Shown in pieces: positions 1-12,423 of a DNA stretch of 55,241 nucleotides (positions are counted from its first letter, which is position 1; each line of letters starts with the position of its first letter). Source of the stretch: an uncultured SAR86 cluster bacterium (lineage in GTDB: Bacteria > Pseudomonadota > Gammaproteobacteria > Magnimaribacterales > AG-339-G14); assembly GCA_902527995.1 (NCBI GenBank), contig CABZRA010000004.1, forward strand, positions 1-55,241. Direction: 5' to 3'. The notes under the pieces are model-generated. The model was not told where the DNA came from and searched no databases. It was given only the letters and a program-made list of their open reading frames with translations. A program made the translations under genes and the position numbers.

Positions 1-693
1 TAAAAATAAACCCAATTCGAATAAAAGCCAGGTTGGAATAGCGAGTAAAGTTTGACTAATTACATCGGGCGGGGTGAGTAACATCCCAATTACAAAACAA
101 CCCACAATTACGTACGGCCTTGCTTTAGATAAGCTTTCTCGAGAGGACAATCCTCCCCAAATTAATGCCAAAATCAAAATAGGCATTTCAAAAGCAAATC
201 CAAAAGCTAACAAGATCGTGATAATAAAATCCAAATACTGCGCAATGTCTGTCATCACTGCTACTTCAGAAGGAGCAGCTTGAATAAAGAAAGAAAAAAT
301 TAAGGGGAAAACTAAGTAGAAGGCAAATGCCATGCCAGCATAAAATAAAATAATACTAGAGGCGCTTAGAGATACCGATAACAATCTTTCTTTGCGATAT
401 AGTCCAGGTGAAATAAAGTTCCAAAGTTCTACAATGAGATATGGGATTGCTAAAAATAATGCCGCGTAAAAACTCAGTTTTAAAGGTGTTAAAAAAGGAG
501 AGGCTACTCCAGTGGCGATCATCGATGAATTCTCTGGAAGAAATTTCATTAAGGGACCTGCTACAAATAAATAGATAGTCTCTTGAAAGAAGGTCAAAGC
601 AATAAAACAAATTGCTAAGACGCCCATAGCCCTTAAGAGCATATTTCTTAGTAAGCCCAACTGGAAGATGATTGAATTTTTGTCTTCAGTCAT
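1..693 (-). CDS. tatC: Twin-arginine translocase subunit TatC (3' end runs off the window)
   Basis: Not in the ORF track. Hand translation from ATG at 693: MTEDKNSIIFQLGLLRNMLLRAMGVL...LMKFLPENSSMIATGVASPFLTPLKLS...GMLLTPPDVISQTLLAIPTWLLFELGLFL. Typical TatC motifs; follows tatA-tatB. Confidence 0.95.
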   Translation of the reverse strand, partial: MTEDKNSIIFQLGLLRNMLLRAMGVLAICFIALTFFQETIYLFVAGPLMKFLPENSSMIATGVASPFLTPLKLSFYAALFLAIPYLIVELWNFISPGLYRKERLLSVSLSASSIILFYAGMAFAFYLVFPLIFSFFIQAAPSEVAVMTDIAQYLDFIITILLAFGFAFEMPILILALIWGGLSSRESLSKARPYVIVGCFVIGMLLTPPDVISQTLLAIPTWLLFELGLFL

Positions 694-877
694 CTTCTTT
701 TTTCTGTTTGTCAAACCCTTCAGAATAAAGTTCTTGCTTTAACTTTCTTAAGCCACTTTTCAACTTAAGAAAAATTTCTTCGATTGAAGTTATAAAAGCA
801 GGCAGTCTCGATGGTCCTAGGATGATTAAGGAAATAAAACAGATTATTAAAATCTCAAAGAAACCGATATCAAACAT
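686..877 (-). CDS. tatB: Twin-arginine translocase subunit TatB (short, 63 aa)
   Basis: MFDIGFFEIL...LGPSRLP signature; lies between tatA and tatC. Confidence 0.9.
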   Translation of the reverse strand: MFDIGFFEILIICFISLIILGPSRLPAFITSIEEIFLKLKSGLRKLKQELYSEGFDKQKKEDD

Positions 878-1057
878 TTACTGAGGATCGTCTTCTTTTT
901 TTTCCTCTACAGGCTCTTCTTTAACAGCTTTTCGAAAATTTTTAAAAGCAGAGCCTAAATCACCACCCATATTTTTTAATCTTCTTGTTCCAAAAATAAG
1001 AATTATTATTGCCAGTATGATTAAAAGTTGCCAAATACTTATTCCACCAAAACCCAT
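878..1057 (-). CDS. tatA: Twin-arginine translocase subunit TatA (59 aa)
   Basis: Not in the ORF track. Hand translation: [59 protein letters not shown]; GAGGT SD-like site upstream. Confidence 0.95.
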   Translation of the reverse strand: MGFGGISIWQLLIILAIIILIFGTRRLKNMGGDLGSAFKNFRKAVKEEPVEEKKEDDPQ

Positions 1058-1059
1058 TT

Positions 1060-1386
1060 TTACCTCTTAGATTTTTCTTCTAAACCTGAAACACCTTCTC
1101 TATTTTCTAATTCCTCTAAAATTTTAGAGGGATCAATATCTTTGTACGCTAATAATACCATGACGTGAAACAAGAGGTCTGCAGCTTCATGAATAATTGA
1201 ATTCTTATCTAAAACATCTGCTTCTGCGGATTCAATTAATTCTTCAGACTCCTCTTTTATTTTTGCAATAATTTTCTCTGCCCCTTCAATAAAAAGTTGG
1301 GATGTATAAGATCTAGAATGCGGGGAATTCTTTCTTTCTTTCAATAGTAAAGACAGCCTATTTATTATGTTAGTTGAATTATTCAT
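1060..1386 (-). CDS. hisE: Phosphoribosyl-ATP diphosphatase
   Basis: SYTSQLF...[10 protein letters not shown]...[14 protein letters not shown]...[10 protein letters not shown] motifs. Confidence 0.93.
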   Translation of the reverse strand: MNNSTNIINRLSLLLKERKNSPHSRSYTSQLFIEGAEKIIAKIKEESEELIESAEADVLDKNSIIHEAADLLFHVMVLLAYKDIDPSKILEELENREGVSGLEEKSKR

Positions 1387-2930
1387 AAAGTTAATGACAT
1401 TGATATTACCGAAATAATAATTACTGCAGAAGTTATTAATAAATAATTCATAGAAGTTTTTTGGGTATTTATCTCTTTTCTTAGACTTTTAACCTCGTCA
1501 TTAAATTCATCTAAATTAGAAATATTTTCAAACATAACTTCCAATTTCTCTGGAAGTTCGTATGCTTTTTCAAATAAACTTGGAACGTCGTCTTTAATTT
1601 TTTTAAATAAACTTGCTGGATTGTATTTTTTGTTTACCCATTGCTGGATGAATGGTTTTGCTGTGCTCCATAAATCTAAATCTGGGTAAATTTGTCGGCC
1701 AAGGCCTTCTATATTGAGAAGAGTTTTGTGAAGTAAAAGCAATGACGCAGGGAGTGATAAATTATAAATTCTAGTCTCTTCAAAGAGATACAAAAGCATT
1801 TCTCCAAATTTTATCTCGCTGAAAGGCTTTTCAAAAATTGGATCTAGAGCTGTTCTAATGGTTACTTCAAGCTCAACGGGCCTTGTACTTTGATCTACCC
1901 AACCAGCAGAAATCATAGTTTTCGCTACACCTGCGTAATTTTTGCTGAACATGTCTGCAAGCATTTTTCCAATAAGCAATTGTTCTTTCTCGCTCAAGCT
2001 TCCACAAATTGCATAATCTACGGCGATATAGGATGGAGATTTAGGATTGGAAGCATTCACAAAAATATTTCCTGGATGCATGTCCGCATGAAAAAAATTA
2101 TCTTCAAACAATTGCTTAAAAAAGATACTAACTCCGCGTTCTGCAAGCAACTTCAAGTCCACTTCCTTTTCCACCAATGTTTCTATATCGGTTACAGGAA
2201 TACCTTCTATTTTTTCCAAAGTTAGTGTTTTTAATCCTGAAAATTCCGAATATGTTTTAGGCACATATAACAGCTCATTATTTTCAAAAAAATTAGCAGT
2301 TTGAATGGTATTTCCGGCTTCTTTTTTTAAATCAACCTCTGAATGTATAACCAATTCGTACTCGTCGATCATTTCTTTTAATTTCAATCTCTTTGCATCA
2401 GACTTAAATTTGTTAGCAAAGTAACCAATGGCTTTTAACAATGCTAAATCTTTTTTTATCTTTTTTTCTAGGTCTGGACGTACGACTTTTACTACGACCT
2501 TTTCCCCAGTCTTTAGTTTCGCTTCATGTACTTGAGCAATTGAAGCCGCTGCAAGAGGCACATCATTAAATTCGGCAAAGATTTCATCTATTGGCCTACC
2601 CAAGTCCAGCTCAATTATTTCTTTGGCAATCTTTGTTTCAAAAGGTTTTAAATCATTTTGAAATTTTTTTAACGCATGAACTATTTCTTTATCTAATAGA
2701 TCTGGTCTCGTTGATAGTATTTGTCCAAATTTTATAAACACTGGGCCAGCTTTTTCTAAAGCTTCTGCAAGCCTTTCGCCTGAAGATCTATTTTTTTTAG
2801 AAAATCTAAAAGGATTTAATAAGAACAAGAAAAAGAGCCAATTGGGTAACGCTTCTTTGGTAAAAATTTCATTAAGGCGATAGCCAAAAAATAAATAAGT
2901 AATTTTTAAAAAACGAAATAGTGCTGTCAT
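1383..2930 (-). CDS. ubiB: Ubiquinone biosynthesis atypical kinase UbiB
   Basis: GPVFIKFGQILSTRPDL, AAASIAQVH, VVVKVVRP, FFHADMHPGN motifs. Confidence 0.95.
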   Translation of the reverse strand: MTALFRFLKITYLFFGYRLNEIFTKEALPNWLFFLFLLNPFRFSKKNRSSGERLAEALEKAGPVFIKFGQILSTRPDLLDKEIVHALKKFQNDLKPFETKIAKEIIELDLGRPIDEIFAEFNDVPLAAASIAQVHEAKLKTGEKVVVKVVRPDLEKKIKKDLALLKAIGYFANKFKSDAKRLKLKEMIDEYELVIHSEVDLKKEAGNTIQTANFFENNELLYVPKTYSEFSGLKTLTLEKIEGIPVTDIETLVEKEVDLKLLAERGVSIFFKQLFEDNFFHADMHPGNIFVNASNPKSPSYIAVDYAICGSLSEKEQLLIGKMLADMFSKNYAGVAKTMISAGWVDQSTRPVELEVTIRTALDPIFEKPFSEIKFGEMLLYLFEETRIYNLSLPASLLLLHKTLLNIEGLGRQIYPDLDLWSTAKPFIQQWVNKKYNPASLFKKIKDDVPSLFEKAYELPEKLEVMFENISNLDEFNDEVKSLRKEINTQKTSMNYLLITSAVIIISVISMSLTL

Positions 2931-3682
2931 GTAATTTTTTCACCAAAGTGTAATGCAACAATCCCACCAGTCATATTTTGATATTCAGTATTTTTAAATC
3001 CTGCTTCATTCATCATTTCTAAAAATTCATCTTGTTTTGGATGCATCCTTATAGATTCAGCTAAATATTCATAACTTTTGCTGTCTCCAGCAACCCATTG
3101 CCCTAGTTTTGGCAACAGATTAAAAGAGTAAAGATCATATAATTCTGAAAGCCAATTGTATTCAGGATTAGAAAATTCTAAAACCAATAGTCTTCCACCG
3201 GGCTTTAAACATCTGTAAAACTCTCTTAAAGCTTGATCTTTGTTAGTAACATTTCTTATTCCAAAAGCAATTGAAATACAATGAAATTTCTCATCTTCGA
3301 AAGGTAATATTTCTGCGTCTGCCACAAGATTTAAAACGTTATTGCATCCTGAATCTATAATCCTGTCTCTTCCGACCTTCAGCATTTTTTCATTGATGTC
3401 TGAAAGAAAAACAGTACCTGACTCACCAACCAGATCTGAAAATAAAATGGCAAGGTCTCCAGTTCCGCCGGCGACGTCTAAAACGGAATTTCCTAATTTT
3501 ATGTTACTCATCTGAATAGTCGCTTTTTTCCATAATCTATGAACTCCTAAAGACATAAGATCATTCATAAGATCATATTTATTCGATACTGAATCAAAAA
3601 CTTCTTTAACCAAATCAGGTTTTTCTTTAGAGTTAACTTTTTTGTAACCAAAATGAGTTTCTTTTTTATTCTCTTCCGTCAT
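2927..3682 (-). CDS. ubiE: Ubiquinone/menaquinone C-methyltransferase UbiE
   Basis: THFGY, YDLMNDLMSLGVHRLWK, LDVAGGTGD, YLAESIRMHP. Confidence 0.96.
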   Translation of the reverse strand: MTEENKKETHFGYKKVNSKEKPDLVKEVFDSVSNKYDLMNDLMSLGVHRLWKKATIQMSNIKLGNSVLDVAGGTGDLAILFSDLVGESGTVFLSDINEKMLKVGRDRIIDSGCNNVLNLVADAEILPFEDEKFHCISIAFGIRNVTNKDQALREFYRCLKPGGRLLVLEFSNPEYNWLSELYDLYSFNLLPKLGQWVAGDSKSYEYLAESIRMHPKQDEFLEMMNEAGFKNTEYQNMTGGIVALHFGEKIT

Positions 3683-3719
3683 AAATTCTCTTATTTTGTT
3701 ACTATTGTAGAGTAATCGT

Positions 3720-4265
3720 ATGGAAAAAAAATTAATCTGGTTAGATTTAGAAATGACAGGGTTGGATCCTAATGCTGAACGGATTATAGAAATCTTTACA
3801 GCGGTTAGTAATGAAGATCTTACTGAAATTATTGATGGTCCAAATATAGTAGTTTCTCAACCCCAAGAGTATATAGATGCTATGGACGATTGGAATCAAA
3901 CTCATCACGGTGATTCAGGTTTAATTGAAGATGTGCTTAAAAGTAATATTACCCAAGAAGAGGCAGAGCAAGAAACTTTAAGATTTTTAAGAGAACATGT
4001 AAAAAAAAATTCATCTCCACTCTGTGGTAATACAGTTTGGCATGATAGAAAATTTTTAACTTTATATATGCCTGAATTAGAGGATTACTTTCATTACAGG
4101 TGTATAGACGTTAGTTCGGTTAAAGAGCTAACGAAACGTTGGAGACCTGAGATTTCTATTCAGCACACAAACAAAACTGCTGCTCACAGAGCGCAGGCAG
4201 ATGTTTACGAATCTATAAATGAATTGAGATTCTATAGAGACACTATATTTGCGAAATCAGGATAA
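3720..4265 (+). CDS. orn: Oligoribonuclease
   Basis: IWLDLEMTGLD, HGDSGL, SPLCGN, HYRCIDVSS, HRAQAD DEDDh motifs. Confidence 0.96.
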   Translation: MEKKLIWLDLEMTGLDPNAERIIEIFTAVSNEDLTEIIDGPNIVVSQPQEYIDAMDDWNQTHHGDSGLIEDVLKSNITQEEAEQETLRFLREHVKKNSSPLCGNTVWHDRKFLTLYMPELEDYFHYRCIDVSSVKELTKRWRPEISIQHTNKTAAHRAQADVYESINELRFYRDTIFAKSG

Positions 4266-4270
4266 ATTAA

Positions 4271-5593
4271 ATGAGAAAAGTTTTTATTAAAACTCATGGC
4301 TGCCAAATGAATGAGTATGATTCTGAAAAAATGTTAGACCTTTTGGCAGCAAAGGACGACTTCACGCCAACCGATAATCCTGAGGATGCTGATTTACTAG
4401 TACTTAATACTTGTTCTATTAGAGAGAAGGCTCAAGAAAAAGTGTTTCACCAAATTGGTAGATGGAAAAAACTTAAAGATAAAAACCCTCACGTAAAAAT
4501 AGCCATTGGCGGTTGCGTAGCAAGCCAAGAAGGAAAAAAGATTACGCAAAGAGCGCCAGCAGTTGATATTGTTTTTGGACCTCAGACCCTTCATAGACTT
4601 CCAAATATGTATAAAGATGCAAGCCAAACCTTCAATAGACAGTTAGATGTAAGTTTCCCAAAAATAGAAAAATTTGATTATTTACCTCAATCCAATACCG
4701 ATGAAGTTACAGCTTTTGTTTCGATCGCAGAGGGTTGCAATAAATATTGTTCGTTTTGCGTGGTGCCACACACAAGGGGGCATGAAGTCAGTCGTCCAGT
4801 AGAAGATATCTTATTGGAAATTAATTCCTTAGCGAATAGAGGTGTAAGGGAAATTAATCTTCTTGGTCAGAACGTAAACAACTTCAAAGGAACATATAGG
4901 GATAAAAAAACCTCCTTGGCTTTTTTAATTGAAAAAACTTCGGAAATTAAAGGAATTGATAGAATTAGATACACCACCAGTCATCCCTATGAATTCAAGG
5001 ACGATCTAGTTGAGCTTTATAAACATGTCCCTGAATTAGTCAGTCATGTTCACTTACCTGTTCAAAGCGGATCAGATAGAATTTTAAAACTAATGAGACG
5101 AAGATACACTGCATCGAGGTATTTAGACCTAATTGCACGAATTAGAGCAAATAGACCAAATATAAGTTTTTCATCGGACTTTATTGTTGGGTTTCCTGGA
5201 GAATCAGATAAAGATTTTCAAGATACAATGGATTTAGTTGAAGAAGTAGCATTTGATGAGTCTTTCAGCTTTGTTTATAGTCCGAGGCCTAATACTCCTG
5301 CTGCAGAAATGGAAGACGATATATCTCAGGAAATTAAAAAAGAAAGATTGGCCATTCTTCAACACAAGCTAAATGAACTTTCATCTAAAATATCTAGAAA
5401 AATGGTAGGGACAACAGAAAATTGTTTAGTCATAGGAGTCTCCAAAAAAAATCCAGGAGAGCTCCAGGCGAGGACGGAAAATAATAGGGTAGTAAATTTC
5501 GCTTCCAATCATGACAAGATAGGCAAATTCGTAAATATTAAAATTGTTGATCAGTTGACTAATTCATTGAGAGGTAAGTTAGAAAGATTCTAA
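4271..5593 (+). CDS. miaB: tRNA i6A37 methylthiotransferase MiaB
   Basis: [18 protein letters not shown], radical-SAM CNKYCSFC, C-terminal TRAM domain. Confidence 0.96.
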   Translation: MRKVFIKTHGCQMNEYDSEKMLDLLAAKDDFTPTDNPEDADLLVLNTCSIREKAQEKVFHQIGRWKKLKDKNPHVKIAIGGCVASQEGKKITQRAPAVDIVFGPQTLHRLPNMYKDASQTFNRQLDVSFPKIEKFDYLPQSNTDEVTAFVSIAEGCNKYCSFCVVPHTRGHEVSRPVEDILLEINSLANRGVREINLLGQNVNNFKGTYRDKKTSLAFLIEKTSEIKGIDRIRYTTSHPYEFKDDLVELYKHVPELVSHVHLPVQSGSDRILKLMRRRYTASRYLDLIARIRANRPNISFSSDFIVGFPGESDKDFQDTMDLVEEVAFDESFSFVYSPRPNTPAAEMEDDISQEIKKERLAILQHKLNELSSKISRKMVGTTENCLVIGVSKKNPGELQARTENNRVVNFASNHDKIGKFVNIKIVDQLTNSLRGKLERF

Positions 5594-5596
5594 TAT

Positions 5597-6568
5597 ATGC
5601 CAAAGCTAAAATTTAAATTACCTGAAATCGAGACTCAAAATCTCTCGCTAATTTGCGGCCCAGTAAACGCAAATATTGAGCAAATAGAAAATTCTCTATC
5701 AATTAAAATTAAAAACAGGGGGAATAGTTTTTCAATATCTGGCGAAAAAAATAATGTTGTAAAAGCAAGAATGATTTTGGAGGACCTTGCCGCTCTTGCT
5801 CAAACTAGCGAATCAGTTTCACCTGATGAAGTACATTTTTCAATTTGTAGAGCGCTAAACGGAACTGCATCAGATGTTGATGGAACAATTTTTGAATTAG
5901 AAAAAGAAAAAGATTTTACGATTCAAACTCCTAAGTTATATGTTACTCCGAGAAACAAGTCACAAAAAAACTTTGTCCAAGCAATTATGGACCATGACAT
6001 ATCTTTCGGAATAGGACCAGCTGGAACAGGCAAGACTTACATCGCAGTAGCAGCAGCAGTTAATATGTTTGTTGAAGAAAAGGTTAATAAAATTATCCTT
6101 ACTAGGCCGGCTGTGGAAGCGGGAGAACATTTAGGCTTCTTGCCAGGAGATCTTTCTCAAAAGGTTGATCCTTATCTTCGACCGCTTTATGACGCTTTGT
6201 TTGACATGATGGGTCCTGAAAAAGTTGGTAGATTAATTGAAAATGGAAAAATAGAGGTTGCACCTCTCGCTTACATGAGGGGAAGGACCTTAAATGACGC
6301 TTTTTTAATTTTAGATGAAGCTCAAAACTGTACTCCCGCCCAAATGAAAATGTTTCTTACCAGAATTGGTTTTGGTTCAACGGCGGTGGTTACAGGAGAT
6401 ATTACACAAACAGACTTGCCTAAAGGTACGCCTTCAGGTTTATCAGATGCTGTAAAAATTTTGGATAGTCAAAAAGATATCGCTTTTCATTATTTTCATG
6501 CAGATGACGTCGTCAGACATAATTTAGTACAGAAAATTATTGAAGCTTACGAACGAAAAAAAGATTGA
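5597..6568 (+). CDS. ybeZ: PhoH-family ATPase (YbeZ)
   Basis: GPAGTGKT, RPAVEAGE, LGFLPGD, AYMRGRT, DEAQN; miaB-ybeZ-ybeY-corC synteny. Confidence 0.93.
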   Translation: MPKLKFKLPEIETQNLSLICGPVNANIEQIENSLSIKIKNRGNSFSISGEKNNVVKARMILEDLAALAQTSESVSPDEVHFSICRALNGTASDVDGTIFELEKEKDFTIQTPKLYVTPRNKSQKNFVQAIMDHDISFGIGPAGTGKTYIAVAAAVNMFVEEKVNKIILTRPAVEAGEHLGFLPGDLSQKVDPYLRPLYDALFDMMGPEKVGRLIENGKIEVAPLAYMRGRTLNDAFLILDEAQNCTPAQMKMFLTRIGFGSTAVVTGDITQTDLPKGTPSGLSDAVKILDSQKDIAFHYFHADDVVRHNLVQKIIEAYERKKD

Positions 6569-7029
6569 TGCATCTAAGTTTAAATAATTTTAATTCCTCA
6601 AAATTTATTAAATTATCGAAATCAGAAATTTTAAATGTCGTTATAGAGGTTTTGAAAACTGTTGAATACAAATTCACAAAGAATCACCAGTTAAATTTGA
6701 GTTTTGTTAGTTCAGAGGAAATGCAATTACTAAACAAAACTTATAGAAATAAGGACAAACCTACAAATGTTTTATCTTTCGAATTGCCAAAAAATTTTCC
6801 AGTTGGGAATGAAAAAACCTTAATTGGAGAAATTGCATTGTGTGAAGAGATAATTTATGAAGAATCAAAAAAATATAAAAAAATCTTTGAAAATAGACTA
6901 AAACATATGATAATCCACGGCCTTCTTCATTTAATAGGATTTGATCACATTAAAGAAGAGGAAGAAAATAAGATGGAGAGCATTGAAAAGAAAATAATGA
7001 AAAATATTTCCGCGGGAGATCCTTATTAG
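6568..7029 (+). CDS. ybeY: rRNA maturation endoribonuclease YbeY
   Basis: [13 protein letters not shown] and [15 protein letters not shown]; ATG overlaps the ybeZ stop codon. Confidence 0.93.
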   Translation: MHLSLNNFNSSKFIKLSKSEILNVVIEVLKTVEYKFTKNHQLNLSFVSSEEMQLLNKTYRNKDKPTNVLSFELPKNFPVGNEKTLIGEIALCEEIIYEESKKYKKIFENRLKHMIIHGLLHLIGFDHIKEEEENKMESIEKKIMKNISAGDPY

Positions 7030-7030
7030 G

Positions 7031-7918
7031 ATGAAAGAAGAACCTCCAAGTACTGAGGCTCAGTTGGATCAAAAACTGGGTATCTTCAAAAGAATAAGAA
7101 ATAATTTGAGAGAGATTTATAGGAAAATCTCTTTCAAACCTATCAATCAAAATGAGCTAGCGTCTGTTTTAAAAGAGGCGGAAGAGAATAATATTATTGA
7201 TAAAGACGTGCTAGAAATGATGGAGGAAACTATTGAGTTTGCGACGATACCAGTAAGAGATGTGATGGTTCCAAGATCACAAATGATTTCATTAAATGAA
7301 TCTGATAGTACCGATCAGTTAATTAATAAAGTTGTGAAATCTTCTCACTCCAGGTTCCCAGTTTTTAATGAAGATGAGTCAAAAATCATTGGAATTTTAC
7401 TTGCAAAAGATCTATTAAAGTTTGCCCCAGGACTGATAAACGAAGGTTTTAACATTGACGAGTTTGAAATACAAGAAATAGTAAGACCTGTTAACCACAT
7501 ACCTGAGAGTAAAAAAATAAATGTCTTATTAGATGAATTTAAATCTAATAGAAGCCACATGGCACTTGTTGTAGATGAATTTGGAGAAGTAAGTGGATTG
7601 GTAACTATTGAAGATGTATTAGAAGAGATAGTCGGCGAAATCGAAGATGAGACAGATATCGGAGAGAAAACGAAAATTATTCAGAAATCAGAAACAGAAT
7701 ATTCTGTTCAGGCAATCACAGAGATTGAAGAATTTAATAGTAATTTTTCTACTAATTTTTCAGATGAGGACTTTGATACTATCGGAGGCGTCGTTACAAA
7801 TAAATTTGGAAGATTTCCTAAAACTGGAGAGTCAATAAAAATAGATAATTTGAAATTCAGTATTCTTTCTTCAAACAAGAGACAAATAAAAAAACTTAAG
7901 GTAGAAATTAAAAATTAA
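7031..7918 (+). CDS. corC: CBS/CorC-domain Mg/Co transport-associated protein
   Basis: [41 protein letters not shown]-terminal CorC_HlyC domain. Confidence 0.9.
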   Translation: MKEEPPSTEAQLDQKLGIFKRIRNNLREIYRKISFKPINQNELASVLKEAEENNIIDKDVLEMMEETIEFATIPVRDVMVPRSQMISLNESDSTDQLINKVVKSSHSRFPVFNEDESKIIGILLAKDLLKFAPGLINEGFNIDEFEIQEIVRPVNHIPESKKINVLLDEFKSNRSHMALVVDEFGEVSGLVTIEDVLEEIVGEIEDETDIGEKTKIIQKSETEYSVQAITEIEEFNSNFSTNFSDEDFDTIGGVVTNKFGRFPKTGESIKIDNLKFSILSSNKRQIKKLKVEIKN

Positions 7919-8826
7919 TCAATTCTAATATTTTTGTGATTTTTCAGCTCCTCAGAAAATAATTTCATCAAGTCTTTCACTTCTCTTTCTCCGGCATAAT
8001 TTTGTCTAGAAATTAAAGCTATCTCTCTGTGAGGGCCTTTTTCGTCAAGTTTTATTTTTGATAATTCTGGATTATCAGCAATAAGTTTAGTTACTGCCAT
8101 TTCTGGAACCAGCGTGGTTCCTATTCCTCCTTTTACTAGCTCGATGGAAGTACTCAAGGTAGAAGCGTTGAACGTAATTTTTGAAGTATTTTTTATTTTA
8201 CAAGCATTTAAAATGTGGTCCTTTAAACAATTTCCTTCTTCGAGCATTATTAATTCCGATAGATCTAAGTCTTTTGCCTTAATTGAAGTTTTATTTGATC
8301 TGGGATCTTCTTTTTTTGTAATCCAAAAAAAATTTTCATTCCAAAACTTATTAACTTTGTAACCAGAGGTTTCAAATGGTAACGCCATAATTGCCATTTC
8401 TATTTCTCCGGAAGATATTTTTTTCAAAAGAACATCGGTTTGGGCTTCAATAATATTTAAATTTAGGTTCGGATAATCCTTTTTTATTCTTGGCAAAAGA
8501 ATTGGAAGAAGGAAGGGGCCAATGGTCGGGATTATTCCCAAAGATATTGAATTTGAAAAAGGCTCTGAATTGAGCTCACTCAATTTGCTGATATTTTCAA
8601 TTTCATTTTTTATATTTTTTGCTTTCTCTATTATTGATCTTCCTAGATTTGTGACAATAACTTTTTTATTATCACGTTCGAAAATCTTAAGTCCTAGTTG
8701 ATTTTCCATTTCTGTTATCGCATTACTCAATGTGGAAGGGGAAACAAAACACTGCTCTGCTGCTTTTTTGAAATGAAGAGTTTCAGCTACAGCAATTGCG
8801 TAATTAATTTGTTTTATTGAAATCAT
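7915..8826 (-). CDS. oxyR: H2O2-sensing LysR regulator OxyR
   Basis: Lys[16 protein letters not shown], redox Cys pair in [14 protein letters not shown]; divergent from katG. Confidence 0.9.
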   Translation of the reverse strand: MISIKQINYAIAVAETLHFKKAAEQCFVSPSTLSNAITEMENQLGLKIFERDNKKVIVTNLGRSIIEKAKNIKNEIENISKLSELNSEPFSNSISLGIIPTIGPFLLPILLPRIKKDYPNLNLNIIEAQTDVLLKKISSGEIEMAIMALPFETSGYKVNKFWNENFFWITKKEDPRSNKTSIKAKDLDLSELIMLEEGNCLKDHILNACKIKNTSKITFNASTLSTSIELVKGGIGTTLVPEMAVTKLIADNPELSKIKLDEKGPHREIALISRQNYAGEREVKDLMKLFSEELKNHKNIRID

Positions 8827-8831
8827 TAACG

Positions 8832-8869
8832 TTCGATTTTATCGAATTATAAATTAGAAAAATATATAT
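8832..8869. promoter_or_regulatory. Putative OxyR operator in the oxyR-katG intergenic region
   Basis: Perfect dyad TTCGAT-TTT-ATCGAA (8832-8846; LysR T-N11-A), then TTAG after 7 nt. Approximates the ATAG-N7-CTAT-N7-ATAG OxyR spacing. Confidence 0.6.
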
Positions 8870-8894
8870 TTAACAATATATCAAATAAAGGTAA

Positions 8895-11069
<2,175 letters not shown>

Positions 11070-11078
11070 GCTTTCATA

Positions 11079-11136
11079 ACTCAGAGGTATTATTTCTAAA
11101 TTACTAAGGTAAATAGAATATAATACCTCGATGAGT
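11079..11136 (+). terminator. Long imperfect hairpin after katG overlapping the coaD -10 box and start codon
   Basis: ACTCA-GAGGTATTAT-TTCTA pairs with TAGAA-T-ATAATACCTC-GA-TGAGT; no U-tract. Confidence 0.5.
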
Positions 11137-11610
11137 CAAAAAGCTATTTACCCTGGTACTTTTGATCCAATTACCAAAGGTCACGTAGATTTAATTGAAA
11201 GAGCTTGTGAATTATTCGATTCGGTTGTTATAGCCATTGCAGCCAGCGAAGCTAAAAATCCTCTGTTTACTCTTGAAGAGAGAATTGAAATTGCAAAGAA
11301 AATATTTTCTGATAATAAAAAAATCGAAGTGATTGGTTTTTCAGGGCTTTTAGTAGATTTAGCAAAAGACAATGATGCAAAAATTTTGATCAGAGGACTG
11401 AGAGTTGTGGCTGACTTTGAATACGAGTTTCAATTAGCAAACATGAATCGTGCAATGATGCCCGAATTAGAGAGTGTATTTTTAACACCAAAAGAAAAGT
11501 ATTCTTATATTTCATCTACTCTAGTCAAAGAAATTTGCAAAATGGGCGGGGATGTATCTGAATTTGTTCACCCAATTTCTCTAGAAGCATTAAAAAGTAA
11601 ACTTTCTTAA
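11131..11610 (+). CDS. coaD: Pantetheine-phosphate adenylyltransferase
   Basis: [29 protein letters not shown]. Confidence 0.97.
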   Translation: MSQKAIYPGTFDPITKGHVDLIERACELFDSVVIAIAASEAKNPLFTLEERIEIAKKIFSDNKKIEVIGFSGLLVDLAKDNDAKILIRGLRVVADFEYEFQLANMNRAMMPELESVFLTPKEKYSYISSTLVKEICKMGGDVSEFVHPISLEALKSKLS

Positions 11611-12422
11611 CTTTGACATACAGGGCAGTACACGGTTTGTCTGTTTGCCTGCTTAATTAGCTTTAACTTTGCACCGCAAGTTAAACAGGGAAGATTGCCA
11701 CGATCGTAAACTCTTAGCTCTTTTTTAAAGTAACCAGGAGCTTCAGATGCGTTGGTGTAGTCTTTGAGTGTGGTTCCGCCTGCTTCGATGGCCTCAGTCA
11801 AAGTTTGCCTAATGGCTTGAGATAGATCTTCGCAGTTGGTTTTTGAAAGTCTTTGCGATTGTTTTCTTGGGCGGATGCCAGCTAAAAAAAGTGCTTCATT
11901 AGCATAAATATTCCCAACACCAGTGACAATGTTTGCATCCATGATTAAATTCTTTATCGGACGTGTTTTTTTTCTTGTGACTGAAAATAGGTATTTTCCG
12001 TTAAAGCTGTTACCAAGTGGTTCGGGTCCTAAATTTTTAAGTAATTTATGTTGATCAGGTTTAGTGTCAATTTTTATTAAGGCGCCAAATTTTCTGATGT
12101 CTGTATATCTTAAGGTCCAACCATCAGTAAAATTGATATCCCAATGTTCATGTTTCTTTGGGTCAGTAGGTTTGTTGAAAACTCTAAGTTTTCCTGACAT
12201 ACCTAAATGAATCAAGAGATGCCCTTCTGAAAGATTTAAGATAATGTATTTTCCTCTACGCTCAGCAGAGCACACCTTTTTGTTTTTAAGAAATTTTTTG
12301 AGGTTTTTATTTATAGGCCACCTAAGTTTCTCGGTTCTAGGTTCAAAAGAATTTATTTGCTTATTTAGAATTCTTTTTGAAATTCCACGCAGAGTCGTTT
12401 CTACTTCGGGAAGTTCAGGCAT
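11607..12422 (-). CDS. mutM: Formamidopyrimidine-DNA glycosylase
   Basis: [29 protein letters not shown]-terminal zinc finger. Confidence 0.97.
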   Translation of the reverse strand: MPELPEVETTLRGISKRILNKQINSFEPRTEKLRWPINKNLKKFLKNKKVCSAERRGKYIILNLSEGHLLIHLGMSGKLRVFNKPTDPKKHEHWDINFTDGWTLRYTDIRKFGALIKIDTKPDQHKLLKNLGPEPLGNSFNGKYLFSVTRKKTRPIKNLIMDANIVTGVGNIYANEALFLAGIRPRKQSQRLSKTNCEDLSQAIRQTLTEAIEAGGTTLKDYTNASEAPGYFKKELRVYDRGNLPCLTCGAKLKLIKQANRQTVYCPVCQS

Positions 12423-12423
12423 A

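Noticed and set aside
74-610. ORFs 74..283 (+) and 356..610 (-)
   Set aside because: Antisense and off-frame shadows of tatC.
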